Shown here: positions 1-12,900 of the stretch, in pieces
Layout of the letters: each line of letters begins with the position of its first letter
Numbering within the stretch: position 1 is the stretch's first letter
Program-made: the position numbers and the translations under genes
NCBI GenBank assembly: GCA_965644295.1
Contig: CBFFRP010000002.1
Span: 139,824-203,823 of the forward strand
DNA length: 64,000 nt
From: Paraphysomonas bandaiensis
Taxonomy: Eukaryota > Protista > Chrysophyceae
Direction of reading: 5' to 3'
Notes under the pieces: generated by a model
The model's database searches: none
What the model saw: the letters and a program-made list of their open reading frames with translations, nothing else
Told to the model about the DNA's origin: nothing

Positions 1-2039
1 GTCTAGAGTGGAGCTTCTTAGACTTCACAAGGGTGACTATGACTATTTTGTGAAGGATATTCAGGTATGTTTACCTCGTATTTGCTTGCTTGAGTTAATT
101 CTGCGGTGCAGTTGGCGGAGCGACGAGAGAACCTTCATGTTCTAAAGAGCTGTCCAATATTCAAATCGTGGAGTCGGATGAAGATTCAACACATGGTTAA
201 CACTGTGATAAGGAAGACATTTTTGCCTGGCGAATATATTTTCAAACAGGTCAACTATTCCCTAGATATCATACATTGTGCTGAATCATGTACAGGGAGA
301 TGTCCCAGATTGCGTGTATGTAGTTGTGGACGGTTATATATCAATCATAAAAGAGATTCATGTTGCAGTCAGAAACAGGTATGTTATGATTATATCTACG
401 ATTTGTGGTACCTTCTGTCCGTCGGATAGTACTATTATACCAAAAAATACTCGATCTAATCATGGATGTCTGTTGCCGTATATATAACACTGTAACAGGT
501 GGCCTGTTGGTATGCACGAGTGGAGCACTGTAACCAAGAAAACAGTGAAGCCTTACTGTGTATGTGAGCTTAAACGGGGTGCTCAATTCGGAGAGCAGTC
601 GGTGGTCAAAAGTAAACGTCGGAGTGCTACAGCTAGAGCTCGCACCAAGTACACGCTGTCGTACTTATTGTCGTGTGGATAATGTAACATCTGAGCAGGG
701 CAACGGTATTGTGCGTCGACAAGCTCGAGTTCATGCACATGCTTAGGGATACGCCCGCAATGGCAGAAATTAGTAATTTTGTGAACTCCTATGCTGGTAT
801 GTGACGAATACGTTGTCCATACGTTCTAACTTTTCTGTAGACGACAGTGTAATTCTTCAATCCGTGGCGGAATTAAAGGGGGGTCCTTCTACCACTGCCC
901 AACTAAACGATTATGTCATTTCCGCTTGCGACATGAGCGAAATTCGCCCTGCATCTCCTTCTATATCAATTGTGGAAGAAACAATCTCCAGTCCTTGTTC
1001 GCCTGGTGGTATATCCTCTCCTAGTATGTCCGGGGGAACTGGACGAGGGCGAAGGTCGAGGTAATCTTTTATGCGACGTGATGTGTTTGAATGGTGTAAT
1101 GGTATTGTCGCGTCTTGTAGTATGTTCCGCATTCAAGCAGACCATGGTGTCGGAGATGGAGAGCGTAAGTACTCACGTCAAACATGCGTATTCTGAATGA
1201 CGCTCTTCTGCAGACAGTAGCATTCCAATATTCACGCCCGAAATTAAGAAAGACGGTATCAGTTTCTTCTCACCGGCTACGGCGTTGGCAAAGAGCAAAG
1301 GGAAGATGCGAAATAATAGCACAACAAAAAAAAATCACCATAAAAGTGATATTGGGGACGGACTAGCTTCGGAGGATATCACTCGCACGTCAAGGAATAG
1401 AAATATGTTTCAATTTAAACGCACAACTTCCTCCACGGAAAGGTTTTTGAAGCAATACAATGCTGCACTCGATGCCACCAATATGAATAACGAAAAGCCT
1501 CTTCCTGTCAGATGCAGCATTAAAAGGGCTTCCGTAAAGAGCTGTGATGATGGCAGATTGAGTACTATTAAGCGGGGGCTGAGCGATACAGTTTCCACAG
1601 CAAGGTACTACTGAGTAGAAATGATTTGAGTGATCTCTGCGAGCCTGTATAACACAATATATGATTTAGAAATGTTAATGAGTCGTCGGAGGTGAATGCT
1701 GGATTGAGTACTTCTTCTAAGGGCCTTAGCGGTCAGTACTTGCCTCCCCAGAAGAGGTGATTTTTTTTTACGTAATTGAGTCTGCTAACGCAATATGTAG
1801 ATTAGTGTTTGCGAACACCTTCTCTCCAATAAAGAAGACGAGCGAAATCCTTCCGAAGGTTGTGACGCCATCCCATTTGAGGACTGAAAGACCTCTACAA
1901 ACTCCAATTAAGAAGAAAACTATGTATGATATTTTTTGATATATATACGCTATCTGATGTGTGTATATGTAGAGTACCGAAATCTAACCGCAACCCGATT
2001 TTGCACTTTTCAACGAAGGATCGATTACCAATAGTATAA
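1..2039 (+). CDS. Cyclic-nucleotide-binding (cNMP) domain protein; multi-exon, 5' end outside window, low-complexity C-terminal part
   Basis: Splicing GT-AG introns 65-111, 250-295 and 379-498 gives ...LHKGDYDYFVKDIQ/LAERRENLHVLKSCPIFKSWSRMKIQHMVNTVIRKTFLPGEYIFKQ/GDVPDCVYVVVDG..., matching the cNMP-domain pattern F..GE.IF.QGD..D..Y.V..G. Later exons and the stop at 2037-2039 are tentative. Confidence 0.7.
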
Positions 2040-2853
2040 TGTATGATATCAGTGGTACACTGCTTTATTTGTAGATTATTTCGTTGGATATATATCCCAT
2101 ATATACCCATATTTTTTGTGTTGCTCAATGCCGCACTCGTGCATTTAGCACTTTCTTTTGTGTAGTACCGTATGGGCGAACTGTGTTTAAAACTGTGTTA
2201 TCCTAGTATTATGTGTTTAGGAACGACGTTTGGCAAATATCTCTGAGAAAGAGTTCAACAGCAATTTTAATTGAGTTTATATTTATGTCGAATCGATCTA
2301 AGATGCTAAGTATTTGTATTGTACCATATTGCATACTGGAAACACAACTGCATTTCGCAGCAAGGCGATTTCTTTTTGTTGTCTACAGTATATGCCGAGT
2401 TCGATATTGGCATTTTGTAATAGCACCAGGAAATATATTAAACTTGGTACACAATTTCATAGTATTGTGGCAGCTATAATGTAGAATAGCTTAGTGAGCA
2501 GTGTTTTTCAGGGCAAGTAAGTTAGTACGGGCCCAATGTTGAGCTTCGCTTATTTGAAAGCTGTATTTTAAGGCTTTTAAATTGTAATCGTTGAATACAA
2601 TATTTAAATACTCTCTACTTTGTATTCGTAAAGTAGCTCACATCTACCGTCCTCTGGGTTTGAGTCGAATATTGAGTGTTGCTAATCCGAGCAAATTATA
2701 CCTGTTACTTGATAAATAATACAGTTGATGGAGAAAATATTATTATATATGAGAGAGTTTAGACAAACTGAAATTTGTATTGACTGTATAAAATTGTGTC
2801 TATTTAAGACTTGATAATATATTAATTTGTGGTACGTCGTAGTGAGTAGTGAG

Positions 2854-3800
2854 CAGGGATACGAATTAATTAAACTAACTATAGTGCATAACTCTGATAT
2901 CCTACCATTTGGCTCTACGAAAGCTGCTTGTGTGCCACCACAAGCAACACTTTTGAACTCTGTCCTTGAGGTGAACAGCTCGGATGCTTGACTTCAGTAA
3001 GCAGCCCAATACCCCGAATGCACTAAGGTGGGCCCATTCCCGGATGCCTGTTTATATTCGTCAGACCCAAAGACATCTACACAACTGACACTAATTAGTG
3101 TCCCTCGAACCACACAAGCATTTGGCTACGAGTGGGAAGAACAATATTTCTGCTGACTATATAATATGCGGCTCACGTTGTATCCCGGAGAATTATCTCC
3201 AGTATTTATCCCCCAGTACACCACGAAAAGGTGCGAGCCCTATTTTGTTGAGGATTGCAATAATAGAAATAGGAACAGCAAATCATAATTGCAATTACAA
3301 TTGTCTTCAGCTTGCTTCAATTAATTGATCTAAAATACCATCATACTTATGAAAAACTCACATCACGTAACTCTATATTATAGGAAAGGTGTTCTGAGGC
3401 TAATACTCTTGCGTCGCCAAAATGACGCTCGACATCGTAAAAACAATGTACAAACGTCGTGAAGATTGATTTGATGTTCACCTTTATTCTGTAGTTCTAT
3501 TAGATTATACCTTACGCTCTACTACTATCCATCGTGTTTGATGGCATGCTGCTAGAGGTTGCTCCACCCATAACCCTTCTTCAATTAGTGCCACTGATGT
3601 TTTGCGCACGAGTCGTCGCCTCTGGAATAAAATGACAGTTGAGCAAGCTATGTTGAGAACTAATGTGTATTGTTACTTGAGTACGTAGTATAGTACCAAT
3701 TAATTGCAATTCAATGAATTGGGATAGCAAGTAATAACTACAGTTTTAAGTGACTACAACCTGTGTCGATTAAGTGACAATTAATTGTTACGCAGCCCTG
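2854..3800. mobile_element. Non-autonomous hAT-type DNA transposon (947 bp)
   Basis: Imperfect TIRs CAGGGATACG (2854) and CGCAGCCCTG (ends 3800; reverse complement CAGGGCTGCG, 8/10 match). Identical 8-bp flanks GTAGTGAG at 2846-2853 and 3801-3808; 8-bp TSDs are the hAT signature. AATTAATT subterminal motifs at both ends. Confidence 0.75.
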
Positions 3801-4365
3801 GTAGTGAGTGTATGAATTTAGTGAATGGCAATAAATCATAATGAGATATAAGATATGTTGGTCACAATTTTTATTAATTGAGTAAGTTTAAGGTTCAGCT
3901 GTTTAGTATACACTATATTCAAATATCAGTTTTGAATACCCAACACGCTTCCTCTGGGCATTGGATTCTGTAGTTTGACCCCACCAGAATAGCATGTTCA
4001 CAACTTCAATAGGTACAAGATATTTGCAACAAAATTTTACAACTATGAAGACGATATAGCTCAATAACGCAATATAATTTAAATTTAGTAATATTGTACT
4101 GCGACACGAGTAACCTATTTAGCGCAATCTATTCTGATGACGTTGGATATTTACAGTTCTCTGATATATCAGATGCAACTGAACGCACAAACACAATCAC
4201 ATACATCCGCAAAACACAAAAGCAGATGCTGAAGTGCACCTGCCGTGAAGTCATTGTTAATAGCAAGCCAAAAAGTAGGCTAGGGGTTATTCATAGCTAA
4301 CAACCGTAATGAGAAAACATGTACTATGATATCTGAATATCACATGCAAAACACTCCTACTAACA

Positions 4366-6001
4366 CTAAGACTGTGCCGCCGTATACTCTCCAAGCGCTT
4401 CTGCAAGAGCACCGGCAAACCGATCAACGTTTTTAGTGTTTAGTCCTGCTAGACTGATGCGCCCATTTGCTAGCATGTAGATGTGATGCTTCTTCTGTAA
4501 AACTTCAACAACGGCAGGAGGAATTCCTGTGAAGCTAAACATTCCCTGCTGGCTGACGATGTGATCCCAGTTGCCCGGAGTATTGTGACGCTTAATAGCT
4601 TCCAGCAGCATCGACCTAAATGAAAAACTTCAGTGGTTATATTTGAGGAGCACTGCGGTCAAGAGTCGGGCATGCAATGCCATAGCAGAACAATAACTTT
4701 AACTGGCAGCACAAAACGGAAATACATATGTACTAGCACCCATGCTAACCTCATATTGCGTATTCTACTGGCCATCTCAGAACATTCGTTTAACCACTGG
4801 GACTTCAGAGTCGGGTCAGATAGGATGGTGGTAACGATTCTTGCACCATAGGCAGGACAATTGCTGACCAATGTCCGCGAAAGAGCCGCTAAGTGGGAGA
4901 GAACCCGCTCACACTCCTCTGGTGATTGAGTTTGGACATGAAGACACCCAGCCCTCTCGTTATACAAACCAAAGTTCTTCGAGCATGAGGTCGTAACCAT
5001 CAGGTCAATACCTGATTCAGACAACAAACGAACAGAGAATGCATCCGTATCAACGTCCTGCACGAACCCTTGATAAGCATTGTCCACTATCGGCAACAGG
5101 TGTCTATCCCTGAGCAAATATATCTATTAGCCAACTCCTCATTATCATACGCGTGCACTTACTTAATTACATCACGTATAGCATGCCATTGCTGGTGTGT
5201 GGGGTCTACACCAGAGGGGTTGTGAGCCACCATATGCAACAAGACAATACTCCCCTCTGGAGCCTCTGATAGATCCTGAATCAAACCCTCGAAATCCAGA
5301 GCCAACCCAGTGGAATCTAGGTACCGATAGGTAGCTTGCTGAATACCACATTGTCGAAAGATATTGGTGTGATTGGCCCATGTTGTATTCGGTATATATA
5401 TAGTATTATTGGGAAAAACAAGACGACACAGCTCCCCGGCGAGACGCAGCGATCCGGTGCCACTGATGCATTGAATAGACCCGACTTTACCTGCCGCAAT
5501 AGCACTGGAATTGTCACCAAACACCAGCTGGGCATTGAGTTTAGTGAACTCTTTTAACCCCTCTAGAGGCAAGTATTCTACACAGCAGCGTGTTAACTCT
5601 TCAACATTAAATCCCACATACTCTCATTGCACACAGATACTATACACAAGCAGCTATACTGAGAGCTATTCATATATACTTAAGGCTACTATGCATAAAC
5701 TATGGAGTGTATACAGCAGTCATGTGTATATATATGTGTGTATATAGACATAGTAATATAACATACACAGCAACTCTCTGTCGGTGAATATACTCCACTT
5801 ACCATGATCTAACTGTTGATCAAAGATAATACGTTCAGCTTGACGTACAGATGATAGTACCATAGGATGACCATTGTCGTCTCTATAGGCCCCGACAGTT
5901 AGATTAATCTTAGCTTCATTGGGGTCCTCTTTACAGGCTTTGTTTACTCCGAAGAGACTGTCTGCGGGATGTAGAGAGATGGAGTTAAAGAATGATGGCA
6001 T
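4366..6001 (-). CDS. GOT1: Aspartate aminotransferase (class I PLP-dependent, no obvious transit peptide), 4 exons, ~407 aa
   Basis: Exons 6001-5803, 5577-5163, 5109-4750, 4615-4366 join in frame across GT-AG introns. Motifs KINLTVGAYRDD, EYLP, SGTGSLR, HNPSGVD, DNAYQGF, SCSKNFGLYNER (PLP lysine), QGMFSFTG, GRISLAGL. Confidence 0.93.
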
Positions 6002-6124
6002 GGTGTGGTATGATAGTGTGGTTTATGGATCAGTGGAGTGGTGGACATGGGAGCATATATACATACACTCATCCACATCTGCCGTACACTGCATCCGGTA
6101 CACATACACATGACGATACATATG

Positions 6125-6524
6125 ATACATACATACATACATACATACATACATACATACATACATACATACATACATACATACATACATACATACATAC
6201 ATACATACATACATACATACATACATACATACATACATACATACATACATACATACATACATACATACATACATACATACATACATACATACATACATAC
6301 ATACATACATACATACATACATACATACATACATACATACATACATACATACATACATACATACATACATACATACATACATACATACATACATACATAC
6401 ATACATACATACATACATACATACATACATACATACATACATACATACATACATACATACATACATACATACATACATACATACATACATACATACATAC
6501 ATACATACATACATACATACATAC
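6125..6524. repeat. (ATAC)n / (TATG)n tetranucleotide microsatellite, ~100 units
   Basis: Perfect tandem ATAC array seen directly, between the divergent AspAT and giant surface-protein genes. Confidence 0.98.
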
Positions 6525-6933
6525 GTACAATGATTGGATTGGGGATTATTTTGGGTCCGTGGCATACAGATACGGTGTATAGTATTCAAATATTGGTATG
6601 TTCAACTTGGCAGTATAGTATGTATAGTATACCAGCCTACAGCAGTCTATGTATATGGACATGTACGTAACATATACAGTACATGTCCTGCTGTATATAC
6701 CCGTGTATATGAGCTCTGTTATATATGGATATATATACACACCAGTCTTATATTACCATACGAAGAGCTATCATAACTATCTATTACTCAATTACTATTA
6801 TCAGAGTAGTCAGTTGTTTCTATAAGATCATATGAAGCTGATAGATAGTGATTATACGTGTATATTATAAGATATATATATATATAGGAGTTTGTATTAG
6901 TAGCCTGTGATTACATACATATACGAGTAGAAT

Positions 6934-9900
6934 ATGTCAATCAGACTTATATTAAGATTGTTTTTTCTATTATCTGGAGCCATTAAAGCCAGTATAGCGA
7001 CGAATAATAAACGTGAGTTGATATATGTGTATATGAGCTTATGTATAGTAGTATACATAGACGATCATATATAATCTACTATATGTTCTGAAACATCATC
7101 TTGTTATATATTCTTGGATGTATTTTGAATAGATTGTCTCATGCTCTTGTTTGCGCTTTTAAATGTGTATACTCATGTATCTATACAGGCTATGAAGATA
7201 CGATAGATATACGTAGCCTATCGACAGGTTCAGGAAGTACTGTGTTGCCTCCTACCCACTTGGATATGAGCTGCAGTGCGAATTGTACTCACCCTCTTAC
7301 TAATCTGACTTCTGCATTTGAATTTTGCGAATCTATCATTGAATTAACAGCGTGCATGTACGACCAGCACTCTTCCTATATCTGTTCCATTCATGACTGC
7401 CTTGGGCTTTGCGATCTTCAGGTCATCTGTTTCATCGAATCTGCTAATCAGTTCTTGTGCCCAGAACTACAACAACAACGACAAGACCCGTCGTTATCAC
7501 CAACAATTTCCCCAACTGTAGCGGGCGATACGAATGTTCCCACATTATGTCCAACTTCTGGACCGAGTAGTTGTCCAAGTGTGAGTCCCACAGTTACCCC
7601 AACTGTAGCGGGTGATACGAATGCTCCCACATTATGCCCAACATCTGCACCGAGTAGTAGTCCAAGTGTGAGTCCCACAGTTACCCCAACTGTAGCGGGT
7701 GATACAAATGCTCCCACATTATGTCCAACTTCTTCACCAAGTAGTTGTCCAAGTGTGAGTCCCACAGCTTCACCGACAGTAGCCCCTAGCATGACTCCTA
7801 CATTGTGTCCAACAGTATCTCCCACTGTTGAGCCTAGTCGTCTGCCAACTCTAAGTCCTACGTCACTGCCTAGTTGTCAGCCTTCTGTTTCACCAACTAG
7901 TATTCCCAGTGTCGCACCGACATTATCTCCCACAGCTTCACCGTCCGTGGAACCAACATGTAATCCCACAGCTTCACCCACAGTAGCCCCTAGCATGGCT
8001 CCTACATTGTGTCCAACAGTATCTCCCACTGTTGAACCTAGTCATCTGCCAACTCTAAGTCCTACATCACTTCCTAGTTGTCAGCCTTCTATTTCACCGA
8101 CTAGTATTCCCAGTGTTACACCCACATTAACTCCTACAGCTTTACCGTCCTTGGAACCAACATGTAATCCCACAGCTTCACCGACAGTAGCCCCTAGCAT
8201 GACTCCTACATTGTGTCCAACAGTATCTCCCACTGTGGAACCTAGTCATCTGCCAACTCTAAGTCCTACGTTACGTCTAAGTTGTCAGCCTTCTGTTTCA
8301 CCGACTAGTATTCCCAGTGTCGCACCAACATTATTTCCCACAGCTTCACCGTCCGTGGAACCAACATGTAATCCCACAGCTTCACCCACAGTAGCCCCTA
8401 GCATGGCTCCTACATTGTGTCCAACAGTATCTCCCACTGTGGAACCTAGTCATCTGCCAACTCTAAGTCCTACGTTACTTCCAAGTTGTCAACCTTCTGT
8501 TTCACCAACTAGTATTCCCAGTGTCGCACCCACATTATGTCCTACAGCTTCACCGTCCGTGGAACCAACATTTAACCCCACAGCTTCACCGACTGTCGCC
8601 CCTAGCGTGGCTCCTACATTGTGTCCAGCGGTGTCTCCCACTGTGGAGCCTAGTCATCTGCCAATTCTAAGCCCTACGTCACTACCAAGTAGTCCCACAT
8701 TATGTCCAACATCTGCGCCGAGTAGTTGTCCAAGTGTGAGTCCCACAGTTACCCCAACTGTAGCGGGTGATACGAATGCTCCCACATTATGCCCAACATC
8801 TGCACCGAGTAGTTGTCCAAGTGTGAGTCCCACAGTTACCCCAACTGTAGCGGGTGATACAAATGCTCCCACATTATGTCCAACATCTGCACCGAGTAGT
8901 TGTCCAAGTGTGAGTCCCACAGTTACTCCAACTGTAGCGGGTGATACGAATGCTCCCACATTATGTCCAACATCTGCACCGAGTAGTTGTCCAAGTGTGA
9001 GTCCCACAGTTACTCCAACTGTAGCGGGTGATACGAATGCTCCCACAATATGCCCAACATCTGCACCGAGTAGTTGTCCAAGTGTGAGTCCCACAGTTAC
9101 TCCAACTGTAGCGGGTGATACGAATGCTCCCACATTATGTCCAACATCTGCACCGAGTAGTTGTCCAAGTGTGAGTCCCACAGTTACTCCAACTGTAGCG
9201 GGTGATACGAATGCTCCCACAATATGCCCAACATCTGCACCGAGTAGTTGTCCAAGTGTGAGTCCCACAGTTACCCCAACTGTAGCGGGTGATACGAATG
9301 CTCCCACATTATGTCCAACATCTGCACCGAGTAGTTGTCCAAGTGTGAGTCCCACAGTTACCCCAACTGTAGCGGGTGATACGAATGCTCCCACATTATG
9401 CCCAACATCTGCACCGAGTAGTTGTCCAAGTGTGAGTCCCACAGTTACTCCAACTGTAGCGGGTGATACGAATGCTCCCACATTATGCCCAACATCTGCA
9501 CCGAGTAGTTGTCCAAGTGTGAGTCCCACAGTTACCCCAACTGTAGCGGGTGATACAAATGCTCCCACATTATGTCCAACATCTGCACCGAGTAGTTGTC
9601 CAAGTGTGAGTCCCACAGTTACTCCAACTGTAGCGGGTGATACAAATGCTCCCACATTATGTCCAACATCTGCACCGAGTAGTTGTCCAAGTGTGAGTCC
9701 CACAGTTACTCCAACTGTAGCGGGTGATACGAATGCTCCCACATTATGTCCAACATCTGCACCGAGTAGTTGTCCAAGTGTGAGTCCCACAGTTACTCCA
9801 ACTGTAGCGGGTGATACGAATGCTCCCACAATATGCCCAACATCTGCACCGAGTAGTTGTCCAAGTGTGAGTCCCACAGTTACCCCAACTGTAGCGGGTG

Positions 9901-12900
9901 ATACGAATGCTCCCACATTATGTCCAACATCTGCACCGAGTAGTTGTCCAAGTGTGAGTCCCACAGTTACCCCAACTGTAGCGGGTGATACGAATGCTCC
10001 CACATTATGTCCAACATCTGCACCGAGTAGTTGTCCAAGTGTGAGTCCCACAGTTACTCCAACTGTAGCGGGTGATACAAATGCTCCCACATTATGCCCA
10101 ACATCTGCACCGAGTAGTTGTCCAAGTGTGAGTCCCACAGTTACCCCAACTGTAGCGGGTGATACAAATGCTCCCACATTATGTCCAACATCTGCACCGA
10201 GTAGTTGTCCAAGTGTGAGTCCCACAGTTACTCCAACTGTAGCGGGTGATACAAATGCTCCCACATTATGTCCAACATCTGCACCGAGTAGTTGTCCAAG
10301 TGTGAGTCCCACAGTTACTCCAACTGTAGCGGGTGATACGAATGCTCCCACATTATGTCCAACATCTGCACCGAGTAGTTGTCCAAGTGTGAGTCCCACA
10401 GTTACTCCAACTGTAGCGGGTGATACGAATGCTCCCACAATATGCCCAACATCTGCACCGAGTAGTTGTCCAAGTGTGAGTCCCACAGTTACCCCAACTG
10501 TAGCGGGTGATACGAATGCTCCCACATTATGTCCAACATCTGCACCGAGTAGTTGTCCAAGTGTGAGTCCCACAGTTACCCCAACTGTAGCGGGTGATAC
10601 GAATGCTCCCACATTATGTCCAACATCTGCACCGAGTAGTTGTCCAAGTGTGAGTCCCACAGTTACCCCAACTGTAGCGGGTGATACGAATGCTCCCACA
10701 TTATGCCCAACATCTGCACCGAGTAGTTGTCCAAGTGTGAGTCCCACAGTTACTCCAACTGTAGCGGGTGATACGAATGCTCCCACATTATGCCCAACAT
10801 CTGCACCGAGTAGTTGTCCAAGTGTGAGTCCCACAGTTACTCCAACTGTAGCGGGTGATACGAATGCTCCCACATTATGTCCAACATCTGCACCGAGTAG
10901 TTGTCCAAGTGTGAGTCCCACAGTTACTCCAACTGTAGCGGGTGATACGAATGCTCCCACAATATGCCCAACATCTGCACCGAGTAGTTGTCCAAGTGTG
11001 AGTCCCACAGTTACCCCAACTGTAGCGGGTGATACGAATGCTCCCACATTATGTCCAACATCTGCACCGAGTAGTTGTCCAAGTGTGAGTCCCACAGTTA
11101 CCCCAACTGTAGCGGGTGATACGAATGCTCCCACATTATGTCCAACATCTGCACCGAGTAGTTGTCCAAGTGTGAGTCCCACAGTTACCCCAACTGTAGC
11201 GGGTGATACGAATGCTCCCACATTATGCCCAACATCTGCACCGAGTAGTTGTCCAAGTGTGAGTCCCACAGTTACCCCAACTGTAGCGGGTGATACGAAT
11301 GCTCCCACATTATGCCCAACATCTGCACCGAGTAGTTGTCCAAGTGTGAGTCCCACAGTTACCCCAACTGTAGCGGGCGATACGAATGCTCCCACAATAT
11401 GCCCAACATCTGCGCCGAGTAGTTGTCCAAGTGTGAGTCCCACAGTTACCCCAACTGTAGCGGGTGATACGAATGCTCCCACATTATGTCCAACATCTGC
11501 ACCGAGTAGTTGTCCAAGTGTGAGTCCCACAGTTACTCCAACTGTAGCGGGTGATACGAATGCTCCCACAATATGCCCAACATCTGCACCGAGTAGTTGT
11601 CCAAGTGTGAGTCCCACAGTTACCCCAACTGTAGCGGGTGATACGAATGCTCCCACATTATGTCCAACATCTGCACCGAGTAGTTGTCCAAGTGTGAGTC
11701 CCACAGTTACCCCAACTGTAGCGGGTGATACAAATGCTCCCACAATATGCCCAACATCTGCACCGAGTAGTTGTCCAAGTGTGAGTCCCACAGTTACCCC
11801 AACTGTAGCGGGTGATACGAATGCTCCCACAATATGCCCAACATCTGCACCAAGTAGTTGTCCAAGTGTGAGTCCCACAGTTACCCCAACTGTAGCGGGT
11901 GATACGAATGCTCCCACATTATGTCCAACATCTGCGCCGAGTAGTTGTCCAAGTGTGAGTCCCACAGTTACCCCAACTGTAGCGGGTGATACGAATGCTC
12001 CCACATTATGTCCAACATCTGCACCGAGTAGTTGTCCAAGTGTGAGTCCCACAGTTACCCCAACTGTAGCGGGTGATACGAATGCTCCCACATTATGCCC
12101 AACATCTGCACCAAGTAGTTGTCCAAGTGTGAGTCCCACAGTTACCCCAACTGTAGCGGGTTATACGAATGCTCCCACATTATGTCCAACATCTGCACCG
12201 AGTAGTTGTCCAAGTGTGAGTCCCACAGTTACCCCAACTGTAGCGGGTGATACGAATGCTCCCACATTATGTCCAACATCTGCACCGAGTAGTTGTCCAA
12301 GTGTGAGTCCCACAGTTACTCCAACTGTAGCGGGTGATACGAATGCTCCCACAATATGCCCAACATCTGCACCGAGTAGTTGTCCAAGTGTGAGTCCCAC
12401 AGTTACCCCAACTGTAGCGGGTGATACGAATGCTCCCACATTATGTCCAACATCTGCACCGAGTAGTTGTCCAAGTGTGAGTCCCACAGTTACCCCAACT
12501 GTAGCGGGTGATACAAATGCTCCCACAATATGCCCAACATCTGCACCGAGTAGTTGTCCAAGTGTGAGTCCCACAGTTACCCCAACTGTAGCGGGTGATA
12601 CGAATGCTCCCACAATATGCCCAACATCTGCACCAAGTAGTTGTCCAAGTGTGAGTCCCACAGTTACCCCAACTGTAGCGGGTGATACGAATGCTCCCAC
12701 ATTATGTCCAACATCTGCGCCGAGTAGTTGTCCAAGTGTGAGTCCCACAGTTACCCCAACTGTAGCGGGTGATACGAATGCTCCCACATTATGTCCAACA
12801 TCTGCACCGAGTAGTTGTCCAAGTGTGAGTCCCACAGTTACCCCAACTGTAGCGGGTGATACGAATGCTCCCACATTATGCCCAACATCTGCACCAAGTA

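Noticed and set aside
5944-6670. Long MYVC/IHTY ORFs (also 33057-33732 and 37835-39035)
   Set aside because: Translations of (TATG)n microsatellites, which lack stop codons in all frames; no evidence they are proteins.
7101-7188. TTG start of the 7047-aa ORF
   Set aside because: Falls inside the predicted intron 7013-7188; ATG 6934 with a signal peptide is the better start.
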